A stretch of 43,660 nucleotides of DNA from NCBI GenBank assembly GCA_028275445.1, contig JAPWUQ010000003.1:1-43660 (forward strand). Reading direction: 5' to 3'. The DNA is from Anaerolineae bacterium (GTDB lineage Bacteria; Chloroflexota; Anaerolineae; JACIWP01). Below the pieces are notes generated by a model that was not told the origin of the DNA, searched no databases, and was given only the letters and a program-made list of their open reading frames with translations. The position numbers were made by a program, and so were the translations under genes. Below, piece after piece: positions 25,548-35,733 of this stretch. Every line of letters begins with the position of its first letter. Position 1 is the first letter of the stretch.

Positions 25548-26957
25548 CTATAACCCGCCGGCCATGTCCAATCCCAGCTCGGCGTGAATATAGCGTACGG
25601 TGTCGTCTACATCCGCCTCCGGCACCACGAACGAGATGTTGTACTCGCTGGCCGACTGGGCGACGGAAATGACCCGCGTGCCGCGCCGGCCCAGCGCGGC
25701 GAAGGCACGCGGCACCGTTTGCGCCGGCTGGGCGCTGGTGCGCCCGACCACCGAAATCGTGCCGACCTCCTCGCGCACGCCGATGTGCGAGATGATGCCC
25801 CGCTGTAATTCCCCCGAGAGGGCACGCTCCAGCACGCGCACACAGTGCCGCTGGTCCTGCCGGCGCACCACCAGGTGCAGACTGCGCTCCGAAAGCGGCT
25901 GGGTGAAGAGCAGGATATCCACGCCGGCATCCGCCAGGCTCTCCAGCACGCGCGCCCCTACCAGCGGCCCCCATTCCTGGCTGTTGCCGGCGATGCCGAT
26001 GAGGCTCAGCCCTTTGGTAGAGATAATGGCCGGCATGGCCCGGCGGTTCGGCGAGGGCGAGCTGGTGATCAGCGTGCCAGGGTGCGATGGGTTGAAGCTG
26101 TTGAGGATGCGCAGGGGGATGCCGGCCTGATGCACCGGCGCGACGGTCTTGGGATGGAGCACATCCGCGCCGTAATAGGCCAGCTCCTCCGCCTCCTCAT
26201 AGCTCAGCTCGTCCAGCGTGTGCGCCTCCGGCACGATATTCGGATCCGCCGTCAGGATGCCGTCCACATCGGTCCATATCTGCACCTCTTCCGCCCCCAG
26301 ACAGGCGCCGAGGATGGCGGCCGAGTAGTCGCTTCCACCCCGCCCCAGCACGGTGGTCACTCCCTCTTTCGTCGCCCCGACGTAGCCGGTCACCACCGGC
26401 ACGATGCCGCGCTCCAGCAGGGGCGGGATCAAGGCCTGCACGCGCTCCCGGGTGAGGTCCATGATGGGGCGCGCCGCGCCGAAATGGTCATCGGTGATGA
26501 TGAGCTGTGTGGCGACGATATCGCGCGCCCGAATGCCGCGCGCCGAGAGCGCCGCCGCCAGGATGCGCGCCGAGAGCTGTTCGCCGATGGAAGAGACGGC
26601 ATCATAGCCGCGCGGGGTGATTTCCCCGAGCACGGCGATGCTCCGGCAGAGCAGTTCAAAATCGTGCAGGCGGTCCTCAATGAGGCCGGCCACCTCCACC
26701 CGCTCCACACTGCGCGCCAGAAGCTGGTCCACCGCCTGCAGATGCCGCTCCAGAAGCGTCGCCTTGGCCTCGCGATAGACCCTGTCCTCACCGCGGCTGG
26801 CCGCACGCGCCGCCTCGATCAGCAGATTGGTCACCCCGCTCATGGCAGAGACGACGATGACCGGCTCGCGCGACAGATGCGACTCGATGATATCCATGAC
26901 GGCGGACATTCGCTCCGCGTCACCTACCGAAGTCCCCCCAAACTTCATCACGATCAT
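25548..26957 (-). CDS. lysC: Aspartate kinase with two ACT domains
   Basis: MKFGGTSVG, VVSAMSGVT, SIGEQLSA, LGRGGSDYSA, WTDVDGILTADP, VLHP. Confidence 0.95.
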   Translation of the reverse strand: MIVMKFGGTSVGDAERMSAVMDIIESHLSREPVIVVSAMSGVTNLLIEAARAASRGEDRVYREAKATLLERHLQAVDQLLARSVERVEVAGLIEDRLHDFELLCRSIAVLGEITPRGYDAVSSIGEQLSARILAAALSARGIRARDIVATQLIITDDHFGAARPIMDLTRERVQALIPPLLERGIVPVVTGYVGATKEGVTTVLGRGGSDYSAAILGACLGAEEVQIWTDVDGILTADPNIVPEAHTLDELSYEEAEELAYYGADVLHPKTVAPVHQAGIPLRILNSFNPSHPGTLITSSPSPNRRAMPAIISTKGLSLIGIAGNSQEWGPLVGARVLESLADAGVDILLFTQPLSERSLHLVVRRQDQRHCVRVLERALSGELQRGIISHIGVREEVGTISVVGRTSAQPAQTVPRAFAALGRRGTRVISVAQSASEYNISFVVPEADVDDTVRYIHAELGLDMAGGL

Positions 26958-26982
26958 GTTCCCACCTCCTCGCGCCGGCCCC

Positions 26983-28200
26983 TCACAGGATGGAATCCAG
27001 CGCCTGCTGTAAATCGGCGATCAGGTCGTCCGCATCCTCGATGCCCAGGGCATAGCGCACCAGCTCATCCTTGATGCCCATGCGCTCGCGCTCCTGCTTG
27101 TCCAGCGCGAAATGGGACATCAGCGCCGGCTGTTCGATGATGGACTCCACACCGCCCAGGCTGGGCCCGACGTACGGGATCTTCAACGCATCGATAAAGC
27201 GCATGGTGCGCTCCATATCCCCTTCGATCTCGAAGCTGACCACCCCGCCGAAGCCGGCCATCAGCTTTTTGGCGATGGCATGGTCCGGATGCGAAGGGAG
27301 ACCGGGGTAAAAGACCCGCCGCACCGCCGGGTGGGATTCCAGGAACTCCGCCACCCGCTGGCCGTTCTCGTTGTGGCGCTGTATGCGCAGGGAAAGGGTC
27401 TTCATGCCGCGCAGGAGCAAATAGGCGGCGTGCGGGTCAATGGTCGGCCCCAGCATGTTTTGGGCGTCCTTGAGCTTGTGGATGATCTCCGCCGGCCCCG
27501 CCACCGAGCCGGCCAGCAGGTCGTTGTGCCCGCCCAGGTACTTGGTGCCGCTGTGGATCACCAGATCGGCGCCGAATTCCGCCGGCCGGATGTTGAAGGG
27601 CGTGGCGAAGGTGCTGTCCACTGCCAGCAGACAGCCGTGCCGGCGGGCGATCTCCACCAGCCGCGGCAGGTCCACTACCCGCAGGTACGGGTTCGTCGGC
27701 AGTTCCGTAAAAATGAGGCGCGTGCGCGGCGTGACGGCGGCTTCCAGCGCCTCCAGGTCCTCCACCGGCACGAAGGTGACCTCGATGCCCAGCCGGCGCA
27801 GGAACGCCAGGGCGAACTCCCGCGTCTTGCGGTAGCAGTCCTCGGTGATGATGAGGTGGTCGCCGGCGGAGAGCAGGGTCAGGAAGACGGTGGTGATGGC
27901 CGCCATGCCCGAGGCCACCAGCATGGCCTCCTCGCACCCATCCAGCTCGGCCAGCTTGCGCTCCACCGTCTCGCGGGTGGGGTTGGTGTAGCGGCCGTAT
28001 TCCCCGCGCTGGAGGGGCAGTTCGGCCATCTTCCTCTGCATGTGGGCGATGACGGCCTGGCTGTTCTCGAAGGTATAGGTGGATGTCTGGATGATCGGCG
28101 TGGTCAGCGAGCCGTAAGGCTTCTGACGGGATTCGCCGGCGTGCACCGCACGGGTGGAAAAACCGCGGGGGGCGGCCGGCCGGGTGTTCTCTTCTGCCAT
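26983..28200 (-). CDS. metB: Cystathionine gamma-synthase (plant-type), Cys/Met PLP enzyme
   Basis: [36 protein letters not shown] (PLP Lys), SLGGVES; lies behind a SAM riboswitch. Confidence 0.85.
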   Translation of the reverse strand: MAEENTRPAAPRGFSTRAVHAGESRQKPYGSLTTPIIQTSTYTFENSQAVIAHMQRKMAELPLQRGEYGRYTNPTRETVERKLAELDGCEEAMLVASGMAAITTVFLTLLSAGDHLIITEDCYRKTREFALAFLRRLGIEVTFVPVEDLEALEAAVTPRTRLIFTELPTNPYLRVVDLPRLVEIARRHGCLLAVDSTFATPFNIRPAEFGADLVIHSGTKYLGGHNDLLAGSVAGPAEIIHKLKDAQNMLGPTIDPHAAYLLLRGMKTLSLRIQRHNENGQRVAEFLESHPAVRRVFYPGLPSHPDHAIAKKLMAGFGGVVSFEIEGDMERTMRFIDALKIPYVGPSLGGVESIIEQPALMSHFALDKQERERMGIKDELVRYALGIEDADDLIADLQQALDSIL

Positions 28201-28282
28201 CGCAACCTCCTTAGCAAATAAAAATATCCTCGCCGCCTTATCCGAGAAGCACCGCCGGCCCGAGGAGTCCGTTTCAGGACAT

Positions 28283-28328
28283 AAAAAGCTGCTGCCCCAG
28301 GGATTCGTCGGTATGAGAAGGCAGCAGC
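28283..28328 (-). terminator. Riboswitch expression-platform terminator
   Basis: GCTGCTGCC...GGCAGCAGC-TTTTT on the minus strand; the 5' arm and loop can alternatively pair with the 3' strand of P1 (antiterminator). Confidence 0.8.
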
Positions 28329-28342
28329 ATCTTCGCCATACC

Positions 28343-28475
<133 letters not shown>

Positions 28476-28506
28476 AGCAACCAAAAACCTATGCAATTTT
28501 GTCAGG

Positions 28507-28573
28507 TTTATACCACAGCCGCTGAAATCGCGCAAATCGGGGATTGCGCTCCTTTCCGGCCCCATGCTATAAT
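28507..28573. promoter_or_regulatory. Divergent sigma70-type promoters
   Basis: Minus: TTGCGC-17-TATAAA with TG (28507-28535). Plus: TTGCGC-18-TATAAT with TG (28544-28573). Confidence 0.65.
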
Positions 28574-28607
28574 TGGCCCAGCACTGCAGGCTCGACGGAG
28601 GATGACG

Positions 28608-28805
28608 ATGGAGTGCAAACAGGAGCGCAACCTGAAGCGCTGTAACTGCACCTGGGAGCCCTGCCCGCGCAAAGGGCTGTGCTGTGAGTGCCTGGCCTAT
28701 CACCTGGCGCACCAGGAACTGCCGGCCTGCGCCTTCCCTCCCGAAGTGGAGCGCACCTACGACCGCTCCTTCCAGCGCTTCATCCAGGTATACTCGAAAA
28801 GGTGA
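28608..28805 (+). CDS. Small Cys-rich protein (DUF6485-like)
   Basis: MECK...N...CNCT.EPCPRKG.CCEC..YH....ELPAC.F....ERTYDRS; GGAGG RBS. Confidence 0.8.
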   Translation: MECKQERNLKRCNCTWEPCPRKGLCCECLAYHLAHQELPACAFPPEVERTYDRSFQRFIQVYSKR

Positions 28806-28835
28806 GAGCGCGCGGCCGGCGAAGGAGAAAACGCG

Positions 28836-29522
28836 GTGCGGCGGAAAGGCGGTATCCTGGCATTGGTAGCAGGGCTGTGCATCATGCTCGCAGCCGGCTG
28901 TGCGGCCGCGCCGACCCCTGCCCCCGCGACGGCGGAAGCGGAAGAGGTCATCACCCTGCCGGCGCCGCGCCAGAAGGGTCCGCTCTCTCTTGAAGAGGCG
29001 TTGGCCCGCCGGCGCTCCGTGCGCGAATACGCACCGCGCTCCCTGACGTGGGAGGAAATCGGCCAGCTCCTCTGGGCGGCGCAGGGCATCACCTCGCCGC
29101 AGGGCTTCCGCACCGCCCCATCCGCCGGCGCCCTCTACCCGCTGGAAGTATACGTCGTCCTGCCCGAGGGCGTGTACCACTATCTGCCCCACCCGCATGC
29201 ACTGCGGCGCACCGCCGCCGGCGACCGCCGCTCTGCCCTGGGGGACGCGGCCGTGCGTCAGCGCCCTGTGTACGAGGCGCCGGCGGTCTTCGTCATCGCC
29301 GGCGTATATGAGCGCACGGCCGCCAAATACGGCCAGCGCGCCCAGCGCTATGTGCACCTGGAGGCCGGCCATGCCGCCCAGAACCTGCTCCTGCAGGCGG
29401 CCGCCCTGGGTCTGGGGGCAGTGCCGATCGGCGCCTTTCATGACGATCAGGTGCGCGCCGTGCTGGGGCTGGGCGCGGATGAAACGCCGCTCTACCTGAT
29501 CCCGGTGGGAGCGCCCCGCTGA
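28836..29522 (+). CDS. SagB/ThcOx-like nitroreductase with lipoprotein signal
   Basis: RRRSVREY, LLWAAQG, RTAPSAGALYPLE, LEAGHAAQN, IGAF.D; N-terminal lipobox AAGC. Confidence 0.88.
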   Translation: MRRKGGILALVAGLCIMLAAGCAAAPTPAPATAEAEEVITLPAPRQKGPLSLEEALARRRSVREYAPRSLTWEEIGQLLWAAQGITSPQGFRTAPSAGALYPLEVYVVLPEGVYHYLPHPHALRRTAAGDRRSALGDAAVRQRPVYEAPAVFVIAGVYERTAAKYGQRAQRYVHLEAGHAAQNLLLQAAALGLGAVPIGAFHDDQVRAVLGLGADETPLYLIPVGAPR

Positions 29523-29538
29523 ACCTGGAGGCACAGTC

Positions 29539-31350
29539 ATGAACGTGGGCATTCATTTTTCGAACCGCTACTGGGAACCGCCGGCGGAGGAGCACTTTGC
29601 CATCTTGAAGCTGGCGCGCCCCGAGACCATCAAAACGCTGGTCTTTCCGGCGCCGCGCTTCGACCAGGTGGCGGTGCACCGCCGTCTGCGGCAGGAGCAT
29701 CCGGATGCCCTCATCGTGGCGCGCCTCTTTGCCGATATGAACGGCGGAGCGTGGAGCCCGGCGGAATTCGTCGAGCACTTCGCCCCCCGCATTGAGGAAC
29801 TACAGCCCTACGTGACCTGGTTCGAGGTGCACAACGAGCCGAACCTCGACCCGCAGGCCGCCGGCTACAGCGAGGGCTTCGGCTCTTCCGACGCCGATAT
29901 CGACCGCTTCATCGCCTGGGCCGAGGAAGTGCTGGCCGCTCTGCGCCGGCGTTTCCCCTGGGCGCGGTGGGTTTTTCCCGGCCAGGCCCCGCACCGCTAC
30001 ACCGAATTCTGGAACCGCGCCCTGCCCACCATCCTGAAGTTTGACGCCTGGGGCGTGCACTGTTACTGGCAGGGGGACCAGCACCTGCACCCCTATTACG
30101 GCAAGTGCTACACCTACGCCCATTATCTGGCGCCGCAGATGCCCATCATCATCACGGAGTTCGGCGATGCGACCCCCGGCCGCTCGCCGGCGGAGAAAAT
30201 CCCCATCTACCTGGAATGGCTCCGCGAGCTGGAGAAACATGACTACGTCATGGGCAGCGCGCTCTATATCCTCGGCGGGACGGAGGATTGGAGCGGCGCC
30301 GGCGGTCGGCCCAACTTCGAGGTGACGCGCGAGATGGCCGAGGCCATTGGCCGGCTGGGCCGGCGCCCCCGCCAGCCGCAGGTCGCCGACGGCTTCGACT
30401 TCCCGGTGGGCAAGCCGGACGGCGTGGGGTATTACGTCGCCGCCGGCCTGGCCGAGGAAAGCTATTACCAGCGCTTCGGCGCCTGGCACACCGGCGAGGA
30501 TTGGAACGGCGTGGGCGGCGGCGACACCGACGAGGGCGACCCGGTCTACGCCGCGGCGCACGGACGCGTGCTGGAGCTGGGGCGTTATCCCAGTTGGGGC
30601 AATATCGTGCTCCTCGAGCACCGCCTGCGGGACGGCCGGCGCATCTGGACCCAATACGCCCATCTGAAGGACATCCTGGTGAAAAAGGGCGACCTGGTGC
30701 GCAGAGGCGACCAGATCGGCACCATCGGCCATATGATTGACAAGGACGGCAATCCCAAAGGGCCGGCGCACCTGCACTTCGAGGTGCGCGCCCACCTGAT
30801 GCCGCCCGACCAGTGGAACCTGCCGCGGGAGGATGTCCTGCGCTTCTACCTGCACCCCACCGATTTCATCCGCAGTCACCGCCCGAACTACGAGAGCCTG
30901 GTCGTGGCGGTGGATGATGTCGGCGCCGGCTTCTCCCGCTCCGACTCCCGCTTCTGGTTCGAGGGGGACGCCGGCTATGACGGCCACTGCTACTGGACGT
31001 GGACCGTCTCCGAGGAACAGGGCGAGGACTGCTGGGCCATCTGGAAGCCGGTCATCCCCAAGACCGGCCTGTACGAGGTCTTCGCCTTCATCCCCAGCCG
31101 CAACGCCACCACCCGCCGCGCCCGCTACAAAATCGTCCACCGGCGGGGAGAGGCCGTGGTGGAAGTCAATCAATCCGAATACAACGATGAATGGGTCTCG
31201 CTGGGGGTTTATGCCTTCTCCACGGTCCAGCCGGCCTATGTCCGGTTGAGCGACGTGACCGGCGAACCGTACACCCGCGAGCGCTCCCGCCGCCGGCAGA
31301 TCGCTTTCGACGCCGTGATGTGGGTGCTGGTGCGCGCCGGCGAATCCTAA
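29539..31350 (+). CDS. Multidomain putative cell-wall hydrolase: clan-A glycoside-hydrolase-like barrel, M23 peptidase, C-terminal beta-sandwich (golvesin/CBM-like)
   Basis: EVHNEPN and IIITEFG (GH-A Glu pair); HTGEDWN, YAHL, HLHFE (M23 Zn motifs); G.YEVFAFIP...AT..A.Y...WVSLG.Y.F..IAFDAV. Confidence 0.8.
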   Translation: MNVGIHFSNRYWEPPAEEHFAILKLARPETIKTLVFPAPRFDQVAVHRRLRQEHPDALIVARLFADMNGGAWSPAEFVEHFAPRIEELQPYVTWFEVHNEPNLDPQAAGYSEGFGSSDADIDRFIAWAEEVLAALRRRFPWARWVFPGQAPHRYTEFWNRALPTILKFDAWGVHCYWQGDQHLHPYYGKCYTYAHYLAPQMPIIITEFGDATPGRSPAEKIPIYLEWLRELEKHDYVMGSALYILGGTEDWSGAGGRPNFEVTREMAEAIGRLGRRPRQPQVADGFDFPVGKPDGVGYYVAAGLAEESYYQRFGAWHTGEDWNGVGGGDTDEGDPVYAAAHGRVLELGRYPSWGNIVLLEHRLRDGRRIWTQYAHLKDILVKKGDLVRRGDQIGTIGHMIDKDGNPKGPAHLHFEVRAHLMPPDQWNLPREDVLRFYLHPTDFIRSHRPNYESLVVAVDDVGAGFSRSDSRFWFEGDAGYDGHCYWTWTVSEEQGEDCWAIWKPVIPKTGLYEVFAFIPSRNATTRRARYKIVHRRGEAVVEVNQSEYNDEWVSLGVYAFSTVQPAYVRLSDVTGEPYTRERSRRRQIAFDAVMWVLVRAGES

Positions 31351-31378
31351 ACGGAATCATTTCACAGGAGCTTCAACG

Positions 31379-32593
31379 ATGCCGCGGACACCCTTCGGAA
31401 CCGACACCCTTCCCCCGCCCCTGATGACCTCCGATCCTGGCTCGTTCGCCGAGGACACCTTTCGCAACCGCCTGCCGGCCTTCCTGGACGAATTATGCCG
31501 GCTCAATCCTTTCCCGCCCGAGATTCGCGCCGCCCTCATGAGCCTGAAGCGCGAGATCACGCACGGACTGCCGGTGCGCCGGCTGGCCGAGATGACCCCG
31601 GACCGCGCGGCATGGGACGAGGTCTGGTCGCGCTTCATCGGCCGAAACTGGTTCCAGCTCCACTGGTACCCGGCGGAGGCGTACTTTTACCGCCGCGTCC
31701 TGGAAGCCACACGCTATTTCCAGCCCGGCCCCTGGCAGGGCCGGGACCCTTTCGCACCGTACAAGGAGCAGGAGCTGGGGCCTCGCAGTCAGAGCTGGGC
31801 AAGCTTCGAGCGCGCCCTCGGCCGGCTCCCGACGGAGCACCTGCCGCGCCTGAACGAACTGCTCCTGCTGGACCTGTGGGGCAACCGCGCCGACCTGAGC
31901 ATCAAGGAAGTGGCGGAATCGGCCCACGCCGGCCTGGCCGATGAAACCAATGAACGCCTCCTGATCGACCACCGCCCGCAGGTACTGGAGCGCTTCACCC
32001 GCAACCACCGCGTCCGACGGGTGGACTTCATCCTGGACAACGCCGGCCTGGAACTGCTCTTCGACCTGGCGCTGGCCGACCACCTGCTGACCATCTGGCA
32101 TCTGGAGCGCATTGTCTTCCACCTGAAGCCCCAGCCGTTCTTTGTGTCGGATGCCATGCCGCAGGACGTCATGCAAGCCCTGGAGGCCATGATGAACCGG
32201 CCGAGGTTGGCCCCCCTGGCCAGCCGGCTGATGAACGCCATCTCGCACGACCGCCTACAGTTGGTGACCCATCCTTTCTGGGTCAGCGCGTACAGCTTCG
32301 CCTATATGCCGGACGACCTGCGCCGGCAGTTGGCGGAGGCCGACCTGGTCCTCCTGAAAGGGGATGCCAATTACCGCCGGCTCCTGGACGACCGCCGCTG
32401 GCCGCCCACCGATTCGCTGGAGGAGCGCACGCGCTATTTCCCCGCCCCCTTCGTCACCCTGCGCACCGCCAAAGCCGAGGTCATCGTGGATCTGACGGAG
32501 GAGCGCGTGGCAGAGCTGGATGCCAAGGACCCCCGCTGGCGCATCAACGGCCAGTACGGCCTTATCCGCTTCTGCGCCGGCGCCCGGAGGTAG
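31379..32593 (+). CDS. Damage-control phosphatase, ARMT1/DUF89 family
   Basis: E.YFYRR, DPF..K, LWGNRADLS, LDNAG.EL..D, PFFVSD, KGDANYRRL, LRT.K. Confidence 0.9.
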   Translation: MPRTPFGTDTLPPPLMTSDPGSFAEDTFRNRLPAFLDELCRLNPFPPEIRAALMSLKREITHGLPVRRLAEMTPDRAAWDEVWSRFIGRNWFQLHWYPAEAYFYRRVLEATRYFQPGPWQGRDPFAPYKEQELGPRSQSWASFERALGRLPTEHLPRLNELLLLDLWGNRADLSIKEVAESAHAGLADETNERLLIDHRPQVLERFTRNHRVRRVDFILDNAGLELLFDLALADHLLTIWHLERIVFHLKPQPFFVSDAMPQDVMQALEAMMNRPRLAPLASRLMNAISHDRLQLVTHPFWVSAYSFAYMPDDLRRQLAEADLVLLKGDANYRRLLDDRRWPPTDSLEERTRYFPAPFVTLRTAKAEVIVDLTEERVAELDAKDPRWRINGQYGLIRFCAGARR

Positions 32594-32596
32594 TCA

Positions 32597-32650
32597 GAGA
32601 AAAAATACGCCGGTGACAGTCACCTCGGAGGTGACTTCACCGGCGTCTCT
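32597..32650 (-). terminator. REP-like palindrome/terminator between convergent genes
   Basis: ACGCCGGTGA-C-AGTCACCTC-G-GAGGTGACT-TCACCGGCGT with an A-run on its left. Confidence 0.75.
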
Positions 32651-32661
32651 GGTGCATCCCA

Positions 32662-32997
32662 TCAGAACGTGAAGGGTGTTTCCATCACGGAAAAGGTCCG
32701 CTCTTCCTCCCCCTCCGCGCCGTAGAACAGCCGGCCGCGCGCCAGGTACGGCCGGCGCTCCCCTTCCGGCGCCGGCGGGCGAACGTGCACCGTCAGCCGC
32801 GTCTCCGGCTCCATCACCCCCATCACCAGCATGCTCCCGACTTCCTGACCATCGGGGTCCAGCACGCTCAGCTCCAGATAGGGGAACGGCGGCTCCAGCC
32901 CGTCCGCTTCGACCATGAAGTGCACCCGCCGGCGGTCCGGCGCCGGCTGGACCTCCAGCCGGACGATGGAGGGCATTTCCTCGGTTGCCTGGGACAT
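32662..32997 (-). CDS. Hypothetical protein (111 aa, beta-rich)
   Basis: GGGGG RBS just after the korB stop; plausible globular sequence ending at the terminator. Confidence 0.65.
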   Translation of the reverse strand: MSQATEEMPSIVRLEVQPAPDRRRVHFMVEADGLEPPFPYLELSVLDPDGQEVGSMLVMGVMEPETRLTVHVRPPAPEGERRPYLARGRLFYGAEGEEERTFSVMETPFTF

Positions 32998-33005
32998 CGT
33001 ACCCC

Positions 33006-33881
33006 CTACATGAACTCCCGCTTGAGGCGCTCCAGCTCCGCCGTATCCCGATGCACGCCCAGCTCGACGAGAGAATGTTCCTGGATGGCCGGCAGATGAT
33101 CCTCGTAGGTCGGACGCTCCACCTGGTACAGGATGCCGATGGGGATACGGTCCCCCCACTCCTGCGCCTTCTCCAGCGCCGCGGCAAAGTCCGTCGGGTC
33201 ATAGCCGCCCGGCTGTTCCTCGACCTTGTACACCCGCTCCGAGTACCAGTCGTACGTATTGACGCGGTTGAAGGTCACGCAGGGTTGCAACACGTCGATC
33301 AGGGCGTAGCCGCGGTGCATGAGCGCCTTGCCGATGATGTCCGCCAGGTAGCGCGGGTCCTTGGCAAAGCCGCGCGCGACGAAGGTCGCGCCGGCGATGA
33401 GGGCCAGCGCCAGCGGCCGCACCGGCTGTTCGATCGCGCCGGCCGGCGGCGGAGAGGTCTTGGTCACCGTGCCCGTCTCGCTGGTCGGCGAATACTGCCC
33501 CTTGGTCAGACCGTACACCTGGTTGTTCTGCACCACAGAGGTGATGTTGATGTTGCGGCGCGCCGCATGCAGGAGATGGCTCAACCCCATGCCGTAGGTA
33601 TTCCCATCTCCTGAAACGGTCATCACATACAGCTTGTGATTGGCCAGTTTGGCGCCGGTGGCGATGGGGATATCGCGGCCGTGCAGGGTGTGCAGGCCGT
33701 TGACCCACATGTACTGCGGCAGTTTGCTCCCACAGCCGATGCCGGTCACGATGAGGAGCTGATGCGGCTCGATGTTGTAATTCACCATGGCGAGCTTGAC
33801 CGCGTTCAGCACGCCGTGATCGCCGCACCCCGGGCACCAGGTCGGGCGATCGCGCCCCTGTAAATCTTTCATGCTAGGCAT
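33006..33881 (-). CDS. korB: 2-oxoacid:ferredoxin oxidoreductase beta subunit
   Basis: WCPGCGD, GIGC, LHGR, GDG...G, NNQVYGLTKGQYSPT, QPCVTFN. Confidence 0.95.
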   Translation of the reverse strand: MPSMKDLQGRDRPTWCPGCGDHGVLNAVKLAMVNYNIEPHQLLIVTGIGCGSKLPQYMWVNGLHTLHGRDIPIATGAKLANHKLYVMTVSGDGNTYGMGLSHLLHAARRNINITSVVQNNQVYGLTKGQYSPTSETGTVTKTSPPPAGAIEQPVRPLALALIAGATFVARGFAKDPRYLADIIGKALMHRGYALIDVLQPCVTFNRVNTYDWYSERVYKVEEQPGGYDPTDFAAALEKAQEWGDRIPIGILYQVERPTYEDHLPAIQEHSLVELGVHRDTAELERLKREFM

Positions 33882-35637
33882 GGAGCACCTCCCTGACGCC
33901 GCGCACGATGTACTCCGGAGAGAAGGGCCGGCCGTCGTATTTGCTGATAAAGTGTTCCAGGCGGATGCCGGTTTCCTGTCGGATCAACCGCGCCATCTGT
34001 CCCAAGGCGTTGTTCTCCACCGCAATGGTCACGCGAGCCTCCCCCAGCGCCTGCGCCACGGCCTCGGCCGGGAACGGCCACACGTCAGTAATGTGCAGGT
34101 ATTGGGCGGTCGGGCGCTCCGCGTTGAGGATGCGCAGGGCCTCCAGCGCCGGCATCACCGTGGAACCCCATCCCACCAGCATCACCGGCGCTTCCGCCGG
34201 CCCGTAGCGCTTCGGCGGGCGCATGCTCTGACGCGCGGTCTCCAGCTTCCGCAGTCGCTTGGCATTCAGCGCCACCCGGTCCTCGATCTCCTCGGCAATG
34301 CGGCCCTGGTAGTCGTGCTCGTTGCCCTCGCCCACATACACCGCCTTGGGATGGCCGGGCACGGCGCGCGGGGAAACCCCGTCCTCGGTGATCGCATAGC
34401 GGTAGTACTCCCCTTCCAGCGCATCCAGCTCCGCCGGCGAGAGCAGTTTGCCGCGCTCCACCTTCACCGCGGAAAGGTCCAGCGCCTCTGGCTCCAGGGT
34501 GCGGGAGGAAGTCGCTAGGAAATGATCCCCCAGCACAATGACGGGAGTCTGATAGGTCTCCGCCAGGTTGAAGGAGCGCCAGCCGGCCTCGAACGCCTCT
34601 TCATGCGTGCCGGGCGCCAGCACCACCCGCAGGAACTCGCCCTGCGACGCCCACAGGCTGAAAAGCAGGTCCCCCTGCTCCTGGCGGGTCGGCAGGCCGG
34701 TGGATGGGCCGGGGCGCTGCGCGTTGTAAATGACCACCGGCGTCTCGGACATGCCGGCAAAGCCCAGCGCCTCCACCATCAGGGAAAAGCCGCCGCCCGA
34801 GGTCGGGACCAGCGCACGCGCCCCCACATGGCCGGCGCCCACCGCCATGCAGATGGCCGCGATCTCGTCCTCGGTGTGCTTGACCACCAGGCCGTATTGA
34901 TTGGCATGGCCGGCCAGCCACTCCAGCACCGGCGAACCCGGCGTCATAGGGTAGCCGGCGGCGAAGCGGCATCCGCCGGCCACCGCGCCAAAGGCGAACG
35001 CCTCGTTGCCGTTCAACAGCATCCTGGACGGCGCGCCCGGGATCGGCTCGATCGTGTGGTCAAAGCCGGCGGCGTAATGCTCCAGGGCATAGCGGTAGGC
35101 GGCATCCGCCACCTTCAGGTTGGCGCTGACCATGGCTTCGCCCCGCTTGCCGAAGTTGACGCGGATGATCTCCTCGATGTACGAGAAGGGGAATTGGGTG
35201 ACGCCGGCGGCCGCGGCGGTGGCGGCGGTATTCATCATCACCGCCGCGCCGCCGATCTCCTCAGCGATTTTGCGGAGCGGCACGGGGAAGCGCTGGATAC
35301 CCCTGGCCTGCACCGCTTCCCAGATGGCGTCCTCCACCGGCATGGCTTCGTCGTAGAGGATGGCGCCGCCGGCGGGAATCTGGGGATAATGCCGGCGCAC
35401 CGCCTCCTCGGTCATGGCCAGCAGTACGTGCACGGTCTCCCGATGGGAGGTGACGGGCTCCGCGCTCACCCGGATCTGGGCGAAGTTATGCCCGCCGCGG
35501 ATGCGGGAGCGGTAATCGCGCAGGTCGAAGATGTGGAGGCCGGCGTGCGCAATCGCTTTGGCAAAGCCGGTGGCGCTGGACTCGATGCCCTGGCCGGCCT
35601 CGCCGCCCAGCAGAAAGGTCAGGTCATTTTTCGGCAT
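33874..35637 (-). CDS. korA: 2-oxoacid:ferredoxin oxidoreductase alpha subunit (gamma-alpha fusion)
   Basis: GGEAGQGI, SRIRGGHN, GNEA, YPMTP, EDEIAA, TSGGGFSLM.E, QRPGPSTGLPT. Confidence 0.95.
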   Translation of the reverse strand: MPKNDLTFLLGGEAGQGIESSATGFAKAIAHAGLHIFDLRDYRSRIRGGHNFAQIRVSAEPVTSHRETVHVLLAMTEEAVRRHYPQIPAGGAILYDEAMPVEDAIWEAVQARGIQRFPVPLRKIAEEIGGAAVMMNTAATAAAAGVTQFPFSYIEEIIRVNFGKRGEAMVSANLKVADAAYRYALEHYAAGFDHTIEPIPGAPSRMLLNGNEAFAFGAVAGGCRFAAGYPMTPGSPVLEWLAGHANQYGLVVKHTEDEIAAICMAVGAGHVGARALVPTSGGGFSLMVEALGFAGMSETPVVIYNAQRPGPSTGLPTRQEQGDLLFSLWASQGEFLRVVLAPGTHEEAFEAGWRSFNLAETYQTPVIVLGDHFLATSSRTLEPEALDLSAVKVERGKLLSPAELDALEGEYYRYAITEDGVSPRAVPGHPKAVYVGEGNEHDYQGRIAEEIEDRVALNAKRLRKLETARQSMRPPKRYGPAEAPVMLVGWGSTVMPALEALRILNAERPTAQYLHITDVWPFPAEAVAQALGEARVTIAVENNALGQMARLIRQETGIRLEHFISKYDGRPFSPEYIVRGVREVLHA

Positions 35638-35733
35638 GCGGAACCTCCATCCATAATAGTTCGCGGCGATATAACCTAATTATCGCCGATGCCGCCGGCG
35701 CTTCCGTAACATATCTTACCTTCTGCACCCGGT

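Noticed and set aside
28608-29522. Thiazole/oxazole RiPP cluster (Cys-rich peptide plus SagB)
   Set aside because: No YcaO cyclodehydratase, protease or exporter; the peptide looks like a conserved metal-binding family and the SagB-like protein is a lipoprotein.
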